Below are positions 50,916-63,861 of a DNA stretch of 64,000 bases, in pieces (within the stretch, counting starts at the first letter, position 1; every line of letters starts with the position of its first letter). Location of the stretch: contig NC_043000.1 in NCBI RefSeq assembly GCF_006345805.1, forward strand, positions 141,360,001-141,424,000. The letters run 5' to 3'. The notes below the pieces were generated by a model, which did no database searches, was not told where the DNA came from, and saw only the letters and a list, made by a program, of their open reading frames with translations. The stretch comes from Octopus sinensis. Taxonomy: Eukaryota. The position numbers were made by a program, and so were the translations under genes.

Positions 50916-51300
50916 CATAGGAGAGTTTACGAAAAAAACAAAAGACGAAGACAGGTGGTGTACAAAACAAACAGATGTATTAGTATAACGCTCAGGAATA
51001 GAAAAAGTATTTTACGTTTCGAGCCTACGCTCCTCTACGGAAAGGGACACAAAAAAAAAACAAGGAGAGAAAAAAAAAGCATACATACTTTCAAACTCAC
51101 ACAAACACGAATTAAGAGCACATGAGGCAACGATGGTTAGAATAAAGCTGTGTACGAGATCGTGTAGACTCAAACTTGAAAGGCGTTTGCTGCTGTAACT
51201 GTCTCGAGGGGGGGGGGGAGATTCTCCTTCATCGACAGCATGGTAGGTTGTAAATTTGTTAAAGTTGGATGTAATGAATTCAGTAATTAAAGGCACACTA
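50905..51300 (-). mobile_element. Penelope-type terminal repeat, family 2 (related to 41650-41850), with a hammerhead-like motif at 51009-51044
   Basis: Shares agcgtaggctcgaaacgtaaaa, c.gagcgt..a.ctaataca and cacctgtcttcgtcttttgttttt with the 3' end of the PLE at 39648-41850. Confidence 0.7.
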
Positions 51301-51328
51301 AGCAGTAGCAATGATTAAAATAAAGTTA

Positions 51329-51841
51329 TCTATATATATAAAACTGTAGTTGTGTGAGTGTCTGTCCCCTTCGATTTAGATTCCTAACTACTCCCACATT
51401 TTGCGGTGCAGTTTAACCAAATTCGGGTATCTTATAGTCGTAATTCACATCGAGCCCGTCTGAGTATTAGCGCGCGTCTACGATGAGTCTACGATTTTAA
51501 AAATAATTTAACATCATTTTTTATTCCATTTTAATGCATAATTTTTCGTGTGTCGATGGCGGCGGAGTTGGCGTCCATGGTCACACCTGCACCTGTTTGC
51601 TTCTCCCCCTTCTTCCCTCCCTCGTGAAGCTGTGAGGAAGGGAGTGTAAGGAAATCAACGTCGTAAAGCGTTGTCAAGGAGACCAGCGTTCTTTTAGAAC
51701 AACGACTTCATGGTTTGAAGACACCAAAACAGAAATGGCTAAGAAAGCCCGAATTGGCATCTATAAGGGAAGTAACTCTCAAAAAATGCTTATATAGTTA
51801 TTTCCCTTACAAACCCGAGCAACGCCGGGCGATACTGCTAG
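51329..51841 (+). mobile_element. Helitron H1 variant with a 209-bp internal insert
   Basis: A|TC start, hairpin cccgagcaacgccggg and CTAG|T end. The insert at 51547-51755 is absent from the other copies. Confidence 0.9.
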
Positions 51842-52347
51842 TATTTAATATAGACGTGTTAAAACGTAACCATAATGAAACTCATGCTTTCCTGTCCGAT
51901 AACGTCATTCGTAGCCCAATTCGGTGTGCTTTCAAACTTGTGGTCTAATACGGAGCATTTCTCCTCCAGGAGAATCACCACAGCGAAGGTTCTACCCAGT
52001 TTGAGTGTTCACAGACGTAAAATATAAATGTGCACAGTTTTATGACCACGCGCACACACACATACACATACACGCTCAAACTCACATACACATACATGTA
52101 TGCATATAGGTTCATAATTCATTTATGCGCGTATATAAAAACAATCTATTTGATCATGTCTACTACAGACATGTTACTCTTATATAAACAGACGCACAAA
52201 CATACTCAGGCACTCACGCACACATACATACACACATGCTTTATATATAAACAGATCTGTGTGTGTGTGTGTGTTGTGTGTGTGTGTGTGTGTGCGTTTG
52301 TGCATGTGTGTGTGCGAGTCCGTGCGCATTGAAGGTATTTGGCCAAT

Positions 52348-52526
52348 TTCGTCTGCCTTTACGTTCTGAGTTCAAATTCCTCCAAGGTTGACTTTGCCTT
52401 TCATCCTTTCGGAGTCGATAAATTAAGTACCAGTTACGCACTGGGGTCGATATAATCGATTTAATCCGTTTGTCTGTCCTTGTTTGTCCTCTCTGTGTTT
52501 AGCCCCTTGTAGGTAGTAAAGAAATA
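52348..52526 (+). mobile_element. SINE A, 5'-truncated
   Basis: Flanking direct repeat aggtatttggccaatt. Confidence 0.88.
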
Positions 52527-52705
52527 GGTATTTGGCCAATTAGTTTGATGGGCACGTGATTATAAAGTAGGTTCAATTACTGGATCGCGGAATGAATTGC
52601 GGCCATAAGCAAGGTACATCATTGCACGCTGATTCTATCAACTCGGGTGCAACTAAGTACTAACAGACCGGTGGTACAGCTGTCTGTCTGTATGTATGTC
52701 TCTCT

Positions 52706-52748
<43 letters not shown>

Positions 52749-53040
52749 TTCGCTTTCTATCTTTCTTTCTCTCCTCAACATATCACATCCTTGATATTCT
52801 GCTGGGTGAAGGGTAAGAAGTCCGTGAGTGTATTTATGTTTAGCACTGCAGGTATACTTTTCTGCCTACCATTCACTTGAAGCTCTCTTAGGGGTAAAAA
52901 AACCCAAAACACACACAAAAAAACGTATAAATGATTTTACATTCTCAACTTCGAACAAAGAAATAAAATACTTCTACTGCAGTGAGAGTATGCAATACTT
53001 TTTATAACGGGCAATCTACTTTCAATGATTATTACGAACC

Positions 53041-53540
<500 letters not shown>

Positions 53541-53569
53541 AGTAAAACAGATGCTGTTAACAGCAATAC

Positions 53570-53800
53570 CTATTTCTTTATTACCCGCAAGGGGCTAAAC
53601 ACAGAGGGAACAAACAAGGATAGACATAGGTATTAAGTCGATTACATCGACTCCAGTGCGTAACTGGTACTTAATTTATCGTCCCCGAAAGGATGAAAGG
53701 CAAAGTCGACCTCGGCGGAATTTGAACTCACAACGTAACGCAGACGAAATACGGCTAAGCATTTCGCCCGGCGTGCTAAGGTTTCTGCCAGCTCGCCGCC
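53570..53800 (-). mobile_element. SINE A
   Basis: Flanking direct repeat taacagcaata. Confidence 0.9.
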
Positions 53801-55329
53801 GTAACAGCAATATCATCCACAACAACACTATCGAATCTGTGATTAAAGGATACAGAGGCAGTAAATAATCACTTTACTTGATCTTTATATTTATGTCGAA
53901 ATGTATTGGACTACTATTAGAAAATTCTTTAGAAAATATTTCTATCGACTATATGAAGCGGTTCAAGAACTATTGGAATGAAATCCCACCCAACTTAAAA
54001 ACACATCTAAAACATTTTTCCACAGCGGGCATATTTTGCCACCCGAAAAATAGTTGTCACAAATATTGATTGTTTTTCTTTTTGAACTCTTGTAATGTTT
54101 GTCGGTTTTCTGAAGACATGAAAATCCAGTGAAAAAATCTGCTTTAGCAGTGATCGATGAAAATCTTAACAAACTGTCGACTTAATCGCTTCCATCATCA
54201 TAATCACAACCACCGTTCTTATTACTTCCATCATCACCATCGCTACCATCATAACTATCACTCAACGCTATTTTATTTCTGTATATATATATATATACAT
54301 ATATGATTGCAATCTTGAAAGTTTTTCGAAATTCTCTAAAATATCGTTAAGCTACTGATCATATTGACGAGAGTTGGAAAAATTCCAACGACTCGTAGGT
54401 CGGAGGTTATTGGTAATGTGGTTAAAGAAAACACGTGATAACAAGTAGTGGACAATCAATATCTCTTTGCACACATATTCTGTCACTCAAGAACAACACC
54501 TATGTCATATTTACATTGTGCGTGGTAATGATATTAGCCGACATGCGTCAGGCAAGTGGATAACAAAACGAGAAGTACACACTAACAACTGTCTCCACTG
54601 AGTAAACTTTTAGACATTATTATGAGGTAAATAATAACCTCTCTATACGTCAAATACGACCTAATAAAATACGGATTAAAAATTGCGGAGGTTCTAAACT
54701 CCACTTTGATGAGACGAGTGATATTTAAAGTATAGTCTCAAGATTTTGACTAGTAAACTGAAAATGCATGAACGGACCATCATTTAACACTCTTGTCTGT
54801 ATCCTACAATCTTTATATCGGGCATGAAATAAGCAAAGTATTTCTGTACAAGGAGTTTCTTCACTGGGAAAGATTAAGTCCTTTTGGTCCAAGTCCAAGG
54901 TCAAGAATGAAAAAAAAAAAATTAAAATAAGCGATTTCGATTATAAAGCAACGTGGATTTAAACATAATCCAAATAGAGTCTGCCAGACATTCTGTTCAA
55001 TGATATAACAGATTCGTCAAGGCACAGTCTTCGATTGATATTTCGTTTTTAAACCTGAATGACTGATAGACGAAATTAACTTCATAGGGTTTTGAACACA
55101 GAGAACACAGAGAACGAAAATTTAGAACAAACACCACAAGGCATTCAATCCTACGATCTAAGGACGCTGTCAATTTGCCGTTTTATCAACGCTAATGTTT
55201 AACAAAGGAATGAAAATTTTCTTAAAATTTGTAGGTTAGTTGCAGAAAAGAGAAGACATCAGAACGAAATTTATTAGTGTAAAGGAAGACGAAATTGATA
55301 TGCAAAACTGTTTGGTTGTAAAAGTGCAG

Positions 55330-55527
55330 TCAAATCTTGCAGCCAAGAATAAAAATACATTCTTGGCAGAAAACTATAGCTCTATTGTTTGCTTGGACAT
55401 TATTTATAAATTTTATACAAGTTGCTGGAAATCAATTACCTTAGACCATTGCAAGTCCAACAACACAGTGACTGATGAGCAACCAGGTATTAAAAGGAAG
55501 TGTAGGGTGTGCCAGCAATGTTTTTAA
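55330..55527 (+). mobile_element. R4/Dong-like RT N-terminal fragment
   Basis: ENYSSIVCLDIIYKFYTS..DHCKSNNTVTDEQPGIKR resembles NYRPITCL..YK..TS..H..N...EQ.G. Confidence 0.7.
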
Positions 55528-55883
55528 TTAAAAGAAATATTGTTTTCAATGAAAGGAAAATGCCGTAGGAACCTCGTAAATGGAAGACGTGATTGCAATA
55601 GAAACAAACAAAACAAAACAAATAAAAAGAACAAAAAGGTTTGAAGCTATTCTTCACCCCTTATTTAAGGAATTCTTTCAGTTTGAAAAATAATGTTTTG
55701 AAATCTTAGTACAAGGCTAGAAATTCTGGAGGTTGGAATAAGTCAATTACATCGATCGCAGTGTTCAATTGGTACTTATTTTATCGAGCCCAAAAGGATG
55801 AAAGCCAAAGTCGACCTTTGCGGAAATTGGTACTCAGAACATAAAACACGGTCGAAATGCCACTATGCATTTTCAAAAATAAT

Positions 55884-56117
55884 ACCTATTTCTTTATTAC
55901 CCACAAGGGGCTAAAGACAGAGGGGACAAACAAGGACAGACATAGGTATTAAGGCGATTACATCGACCCCAGTGCGTAACTGGTACTTAATTTATCGACC
56001 CCGAAAGGATGAAAGGCAAAGTCGACCTCGGCGGAATTTGAACTCAGAACGTAACGACAGACGAAATACGGCTACGCATTTCGCCCGGCGTGCTAACGTT
56101 TCTGCCAGCTCGCCGCC
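55884..56117 (-). mobile_element. SINE A, preceded by an older degenerate relative at ~55725-55870
   Basis: Family match; flanking repeat ttttcaaaaa(a)taatacc. Confidence 0.9.
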
Positions 56118-57289
56118 TTTTCAAAAAAATAATACCTTTCAAAAATAATACCTGTTGCGAATTCGTCAAACATCATCATCACTGTCGTCATCGTCTTCAT
56201 CATCATTATGCTCATCATCGCAGTCGTCTTCGTCGTCGTTGTCGTTGTCGCTGTCGTCATCATCAATATCGTAGTGTCGTTGTCGACGTCATCGTTTAAC
56301 GGATAACAATTTAGAAAGCATTGTTTGAAAGAAACGATGTGCTTTTATATATTTTGAAACAGAATCTATTGTAATAACTGTCGCAAAATTCCGGTTTTTA
56401 TTTGATTTGTTCTGCACTAACAAAATCCAGGTTTTAACTCAATCGTTTTCTTGATGTACTTCGAAATGGACACTGGGATAAAGTGAACTAATTTCATCCT
56501 TAGAACGTTGGAAAACCGCTTCCCAAATATAACCATCAACGATTTTCTTGTTTATTCTGTTCCATGGAATAGGAGCTATAAATATCTGAATAATAAAACT
56601 GTAATATAAGGGTGATGAAAACAAAGATAGAGGGAGCAAAATGAATGAATCCAAAAGTTTTAAAAGATGTCAGTCGGAATATTTTACAACAAAATAACAC
56701 CCAACAATGCCTCTATAACATCGGTACCAATATTTAGTGTTCCTGGCCTGATTATATAAGAAAACAACTGCAATAATTGTTTCTTTATTGCTTTATCGAT
56801 GCACGGTATTACCTGCATCTATACCGATGCATGGTATTACCTTCATTAAACCTTGCTCAGGGAAGATGAGGGAGGGGAAAAGAGGTTTTAAATCAAGCCA
56901 GACAAACTTCAAAATAACTACATCGATTAATGGATTAATTATTAGAAGATTCTTATGAGTCAACAGTGAACTTCTCAAAAAGCATACAAATCACGTTTAT
57001 GATTCACGCAACTCCAAAAGTTTTCGGGTTCCGAATGTATCTTAACAAAAGGCAGGAATAGAAACACTCCATCTGACAAGTGATCTTCTGATAACTTGAG
57101 AATGATAAAAATGTCAAGGATTTTAAACCGTCTTGAAACTCCTTGCTGTTACACCATATCTCGTTTCGCAGTGTACTCTTCTGCAATCGTTTAACAACTA
57201 AATATCTACTGCACAAAGCAGCCATTTCATAAATCCACAGCTCTAAAGCTTCTGACTTCTAAATATTTCATGGTTTTTGATCCTTCATC

Positions 57290-57972
57290 AGATTCTAGTA
57301 TATAGGAAGTCGGCTCAATGGAAAAAAACAAGATCAGGGCAATGAACACATGGGTGGGCTGTTTCCTTAATATGATATGTTGGGTGGACAAAGAACGAGC
57401 TTGGGTAAATGGACAGGAAAACTAGAAAAGTGATGACAATTAACAAATAAGTGCACCCCAAAAGCGATACTGACACACTGTATGTGACTAGGAACAGGGG
57501 AGGAATAGGCGTCGTATGGTGCAAGATCTGTGCTGTCAACGAGAACAGTCTGAGATGGCATATCATACAACAGATTGAGTCCTTGCTTGCCGCTGTTAGA
57601 ATTAGCAATACAATATCTGCCGAAAATGTGATGCACCCACAAACATTTCAGAAAGATGAAGAAGAAGGAGTAAACAACCGGAAAATGAAATCATTGCATG
57701 GGCAATACTTCAGGAAAATCAAAGGATCAACACTTGGAAATGGCTTGGAAATGGAAGTGATCTGAAAGGATGCACTGAGACATTGATATGCAGCACTCAA
57801 GGACAAGCTCTGAGAACTAATTGCACTAAGTTCCAAATGGATAAGGGTAGAAAATTGCCTATTTCTAAGATGTATGGCAGCAGAAACAAAACAATCTCAT
57901 ATGTTGCGAATGTGTGTAGCAAAAGCCAAAAACACTACCAAAGAAGGCACAATAACGTGGCTAAGTTCGTCA
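57290..57972 (+). mobile_element. Decayed R4/Dong-like fragment (post-RT thumb to zinc knuckle)
   Basis: LNGKNKIRAMNTW, HPKSDTDTLYV.R..GG.G, SLHGQYFR, ET..CSTQGQALRTN and YQRRHNNVAKFVNWK. Confidence 0.85.
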
Positions 57973-58512
57973 ATTGGAAGTGTTATGTACATTGCTTTGT
58001 CTTGCTTTAAAAGATAGGCTACAGCAAATATTCTCCTCAGTACCATAAATTTGCTTGTCGGTTGTATGACCAGTTGAGCATGTCCCTTTGTGGCTGACGA
58101 TATGTACATCTCTGATCACGAACAAAAGTCGTGGGAGAGCATCATAGCCATGTATTGAGAGGAATTATTTGGGGTTTGGATAATTCACCTCAGGAAACAT
58201 GGATGTTTCGTTCAACATCCATTAAACAACCATTATTCAGGGACTTTTTAGGCTGTATGGGCTACTCGACCTGAAGAAAATTCTGAGTCCCACTTGCAAG
58301 GTCATGCCCTGTTAATCTTGACATGAGATCACCATGTTGCGCCTTTTCAGAAGTGTAATGATGATGGGTATACTGGGCTTCGTATACTTTACCCCAGTGT
58401 CACTTTGACGGCATGCACTGCTCTCTCACTCAATAATAATAATAAGAATAATAATAATAGTAATAATAATAGTAGTAATAATGATAATAACAACAACAAC
58501 AACAATAATAAT
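57973..58512 (+). mobile_element. Non-coding TAA-tailed retro-repeat
   Basis: Homologous to 12365-13100 and 13444-14140; ends ctctctcactc(aat)n. Confidence 0.85.
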
Positions 58513-58665
58513 AATCGGATATAGTCCAACATGTACTTACTCGGATATACTCCAACATTTGTTAGTCATTTTAGGCTCCATTTGTTGTCTTTATTCTCGA
58601 TGTTCTTGGATAGATTTCTGAGTTGTGTTCGCTTCGCATCCAATCATTCTGTTTAATGCTGTGGG

Positions 58666-58741
<76 letters not shown>

Positions 58742-58773
58742 GTGTGTGTGTGTGTGTGCGTGTGTGTGTGTGT

Positions 58774-58942
58774 ACCGTTGGCGATTTTTTTCCTCTGTCT
58801 TCCCTTCTCGGGATCTTTCCTTCTCCTATGTTTCCGACGAAGAGCTCCGCTCGAAACGTTAAACCCTCCGTCTTCCCTTCTTTCCTGAGCGTCCAATAAT
58901 ACTATATTTGTTCCACGTCCTCGCGTTGTTGTGTTTTTTTGT

Positions 58943-58945
<3 letters not shown>
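58774..58945 (+). mobile_element. Solo Penelope-type terminal repeat, family 1
   Basis: Homologous to 43688-43890; embedded between (TG)n and (TA)n. Confidence 0.7.
58830..58864 (+). ncRNA. Minimal type I hammerhead-like motif
   Basis: guuu-CCGACGA-A-GAGC ucc GCUC-GAAA-CGUU-aaac: stem I guuu/aaac, a perfect stem II and palindromic AACGUU in place of stem III. Confidence 0.6.
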
Positions 58946-58991
<46 letters not shown>

Positions 58992-59259
58992 GCTGTTTAA
59001 TGCTTTTGTGATCAATAGTAACTATAATCTTTGTCGTTTGTTTTTATTCGATTCGCTTATGTGTATGTGTACGCTTGTTTATAGGTTACTTAACGTTATT
59101 TTGAAATATTAAAATGTATTCATGTAAAACTGGTTTTTATACGTAATTAATTAGTTTACGTACTTACGTGTTTATGATTTGTACTTAATCGGATATAGTG
59201 CGATATGTATTTACTCAGATGTAGTCCAACAGTTTTAGTGAGCATCACTTACTTTTTTG

Positions 59260-60161
59260 CGTGGGCAACAGGAAGGCCCCAGGACCAGATGGAGTTCAAG
59301 GCTACTGGGTCAAAAGATTTGGTGGATCTCAAGCACGAATAGCTGCACAACTCAACACCTTCTTAAATGCCGACCAAGTAACAACAGAATGGTTGACAAT
59401 GGGTAGGACAGTGCTGTACTTGAAAAACATCGAAAAAGGCAATATATAGACAATTACAGGCCGAGATCATGCTTGCCACTTATGTGGAAATTATTGACTG
59501 AAATAGTCACAGAGGACGGAACTGAGAGCGTATGGAAGAAGTTTAAGGACAATATAAATCAGGAGAGGTATCTTCCAAGGGAATTGCCTGTCCCCACTGA
59601 TCTTTGTACTGTGAATGATGCCACTAACACTGATTCTGATGAAAGCAAAGGCTGGGTATATATTCAAGAGCTGCTAATAAAAAATCAATCATTTGTTATT
59701 CATGGATGACCTCAAACTTTATGGTAAAGATGAATCCCAAGTCAGTTCCCTCGTTGATACGGTGTATACTTTCAGTGCTGATATCAGAATGGAGTTCGAA
59801 CTGAAAAGGTGGGGTATTTTAGTATTGAAGAGGAGCAAAATTAAGTGTATGTATGGATGGGCTAGCGATACCGTCGGGAGAGGTTATGAAGCAAATAGAA
59901 TAGACGGGCTATAAGTACTTGGGGATATTAGATATGGATAAAATGATTGAGAAGGAAATGACAGAAAAGTTTAAGTTGGAGTACTTCCGCAGACTGAGAC
60001 TGGTGCTTAAGTCGAGGTTAAACGGACGGAATAAAATTGAAGCTATCGACTCCTTAGATATGGAGCGAGCGTAATCACATGGACAGTAGACGAACTAAAC
60101 AGCTTAGACAGAAGACAAGGATGTTGCTGACTAGATATGGGTTACTCCACCCCAAAAGTGA
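59260..60161 (+). mobile_element. Decayed R4/Dong-like RT with an internal deletion
   Basis: KAPGPDG..YW.K, NYRP..CLPLMWKLLT, RRGIFQGNCLSPL.FV, INHLLFMDDLKLYGK, YKYLG, LNGRNKI and HPKSD. Confidence 0.9.
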
Positions 60162-60682
60162 CCATCATTATGCCAAGTTCTTTGTGTAGTATGTTCTCAA
60201 CTCTCTAATGGGATATGCTAATAGCATGGGCTATTTGATTTATGGTCAGTCGCCTGTCATCCATCACCATATGGTGAAAACAATCAATGTTTTCATCGGT
60301 GGTGGTAGATGCAAGATTTCCAGACCTGGGGTTATCTTCAAAACTCTCTCTTCCTCTCCTAAATCCAACTACCCATTTTTGCACTATTGATAAATTTGGA
60401 GCATCATTCCCTAATATAGCAAGCATGTCAGTATGAATGTCTTTGGATGAAAAACCCTTTTTCTGTAAGTACTTGAGAACAACACGATGCCAAATTTTGC
60501 CAATTTTCAGGAGAGGTCGCTACTAGTTACGTTTGAAGTGTTTCTTGAATATTCAAATGTAAATTTACCTGGAAAGAAACAAGAATATTATTAATAAAAA
60601 GATCGAAAATAACGCAAGCAAGATTCCACAGCTCTAATATCAATCCTTCATAGACAGCCTATGAATGCTTAGCCCACCCTCG
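60162..60682 (-). mobile_element. Mariner transposon 5' half (TIR plus N-terminal HTH)
   Basis: Minus strand starts CGAGGGTGGGCTAA, which is TIR-like. It translates as V.KYLQKKG..KDIH.DM...LG.DAP..SIVQKWV..F.RGRES.ED.PRSG..TDENI..DRR.TI.QIA. Confidence 0.85.
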
Positions 60683-62141
60683 CTGTGGCAATTCAGGTCG
60701 TTAAGAATACCGATATTATTGCTGTTCATACTTTGCATATGTCATTTTGTCATTTTTATTGACAATATGAATAATTGTTTTATACCATTTAGAATAATTG
60801 TTTATATTGTCCTGATAGTTATGCCTGAGAAAGATCTATAATATTTAGTTTTTTGTTGCTATAGTAATGTCTTAATTTTATTTCCTTATTTCTTTCTTTA
60901 TATATTCATTTATGTGGTTATGTATATGATTCTGTCTGGTAAACTCTAACCCATAGTCTTATTCTGTAAACAAACTCATTGGTTCAGGAGTGGTGGGTGT
61001 GATAAAAACGGCAGTATATAAAAATACAAAAAAGGTCACAAACTTTTATGTTTTGTTATTAACGATCAAAAACTGTCTTCTTCAGTGATGCAGTACTTCA
61101 TATCATTTTCCTGATTTGTCCGTCAAGGGCTATTTAAATAGACTTATCGGTGCCATTACTACTGCAAAGAACTAACAAGTAAAACCCAGCGAAGCCATCA
61201 GTGAATTAATTTCATTAGAGCTTACATGTGCAACTGCATTAAAGCGCCCGACTGATTACCTTAATATCAAGACAGTCGTTTATCACACTGCTAAATCAAT
61301 CGTTTGTCTAATTACTTGATTTAGATAATTACATAAGTAAATTTGAACGTCTTAAGAACACCATTTGTCGAACTTCCATCCTTTACTTGTTTAAAGTCAT
61401 TTGATTAGTAAACCTTTCTACAATGCTTTTGAGATTATTCGCAACAGCCCGTACTCATCTAACTTAACCACTTATACAAGACGTTACCAAATAATGTATT
61501 ATAAAAGTGCTGCACCATTGAGGTACCTTTCTCTTTCACATACATAGACGAGTATCCATGAGCTTTTCAATCAACATAACACCCACTACTAACTCTTACT
61601 AGAGAACTCACTTGAAAGAGAAAATATCTATTCGTTAAATTCAACCATCTATAGACTTAAGCTTTCTCATATATATCAGAATGACATGTTTGCTGGTCAC
61701 CAATAATTCATCGAATCTATGCATTTAGGAAGTGCTTTCAAGCCAATTGTGTGCCATTGATCTCCAATAATGGAGTTTTCTTCTTCTTCTTCTTTTATTG
61801 TTTTTTTGAAAACTATTGGCTTATTTGACTGAAATTCGATATTAACAATTAACTAAGGTTTCTACAACGAAACGTTAAGCTTTCAAATGATGATCTCACT
61901 ATACTTGGTTATGCTGACCTCCCTAACCAGAGGACATTCTTAAGGATTACGAGCAAGTCTTCAATACAGTTAAAATCGTAAAAATTATATTTGCTACTTA
62001 ACTTTCCTTTCTAAGCTTTCTCACGTAAAATAGGTTTTACGCTGATGACATCAGAATAAGAAACAGAAATTTCCAAATTTATCTCCCGTATCTGATGGGA
62101 AAAGAAAAATATTAGTTATAGACAAATGAAGTTTTTATGTC

Positions 62142-62384
62142 ATACTCTTTTACTCTTTCACTTGTTTCAGGCATTTAACTGTGGGCATGCTGGAGCTCCG
62201 CCTTTAGTCGATCGAGCAAATCGCCCCCCTGGTCTTATTCTTTGTAAGCCTAGTACTTATTTTATCGGTCACTTTTGCCGAATCGCTAAGTTACGGGACG
62301 TAAACACACCAGCATCGGTTGTCAAGTGATGTTGGGGGGACAAACACAGACACACAAACATATACACACGCATACATACATACA

Positions 62385-62423
<39 letters not shown>

Positions 62424-62612
62424 GTGTGCGTGTGTGTGTGTGCATATATACGACGGGCTTCTTTCAGTTTCCGTCTACAAATCCACTCACAAGACTTTGG
62501 TCGGCCCGAGGCTATTGTAGAAGACACTTGCCCAAGGTGCCACGCAGTGGGACTGAACCCGGAACCATATGGTTCGTAATCAAGCTACTTACCCCACAGC
62601 CACTCCTGCGCC
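62142..62612 (-). mobile_element. SINE B
   Basis: Full-length family match. Confidence 0.9.
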
Positions 62613-63172
62613 TATTTATTTATTTATTTCTAATTAGTTTTAAACCTTTGTTTTAAATGCTGGCACCAATTTACTTATTGATAATGGCCGTGATTTTTAC
62701 CTAGATACTGATAAATTAAACACATATTTTACATACAATTTTATATACAATCAAAACTGTCACATTTATTTGATCAAAACTCTTCATTAAGAACGAAGCC
62801 AATTTACCCACACTCCGTTAAACACTAGCTATAAGTACATCAATAAAATTTTGAAATGGTTAACTCCGGAAATATTTCTTTACACAAAATGAATTATATT
62901 TGCACGTACCAACGGCCATAAAAAACGAACGAGTCGGTTAGTCGAATATCTTGTTAAAAGGACATGAAGTATTATCTCTCAGAAGACAGAGATATAATAC
63001 TGCTTTTATCTCCTGATTATCTATTCGAAATTCTTTAGATATTGTGATCCTATATGAGATGACTTCGACTCTGAGACTTGGAATGGTATTATCAAGTACA
63101 CATCGAAAGAAAAAGCAAAGATAGCACAATCACTATTAATATTTAGCGAGGCTGCTTTCATTATCACCGATT

Positions 63173-63300
63173 ATGTATGTATGTATGTATGTATGTATGT
63201 ATGTATGTATGTATGTATGTATGTATGTATGTATGTATGCACGTATGTATGTATGTATGTATGTATGCATGTATGTATGTATGTATGCATGTATGTATGT
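63173..63300. repeat. (TATG)n microsatellite
   Basis: Directly visible. Confidence 0.95.
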
Positions 63301-63474
63301 ACCTATCTATATGTATATATGCTTACATGTATATATATGCGTGTGTGTTTTTTCTTCTAGTTTTCGCTTGCATTGCCTTCATTGAATTAAGTGGTATGTA
63401 TAAACATACATACATACATGCATACACACACACTCACACACACAAGCACATATACACACACACACATATATATA

Positions 63475-63810
63475 GGCGTGGGTGTGGTTGTGTGATAAAG
63501 AGGTATGTTTCTCAACCACATGCTTAACTCTCCATGGGCAATTTGTCTTCTACTATAACGTCGGGAAACCCAAGGCCTTGTGAGTAGATTTGGTAAACGG
63601 AAATTAAAAGAAGCTCGTCGTAATTCATATATGTGTGTGTGTGTTTGTCAACCACCACCACCACTTGACACCCAATGTTGATGCGTTTGTGCCACCGTAA
63701 CTTAGCACTTCGGCAAAAGAAGCCGATAAAATAAGTACCAGACTTGAAAGAAGAACTGGGGTCGATTTGTTTGACTAAAATTCTTCAAGGCGGTGCCTCA
63801 AGGCAGTACC
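63475..63810 (+). mobile_element. Older diverged SINE B relative
   Basis: Diverged but colinear match to family B. Confidence 0.75.
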
Positions 63811-63824
63811 TGATGACATGAATG

Positions 63825-63855
<31 letters not shown>

Positions 63856-63861
63856 GCATGT

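Noticed and set aside
56438-56491. Peptide LNRFLDVLRNGHWDKVN resembling a CTLH-like motif
   Set aside because: It is only 17 codons between two stops, with no AG acceptor inside the open stretch, so it is most likely chance.
59505-59660. Apparent foreign in-frame insert (EDGTESVWKKF..PTDLCTVND) in the Dong-like RT
   Set aside because: In another frame it reads RRGIFQGNCLSPLIFV, the normal RT motif. It is an internal deletion with a frameshift, not captured sequence.
62035-62052. Isolated FYADDI, an RT-like motif
   Set aside because: No flanking RT motifs occur in any frame.
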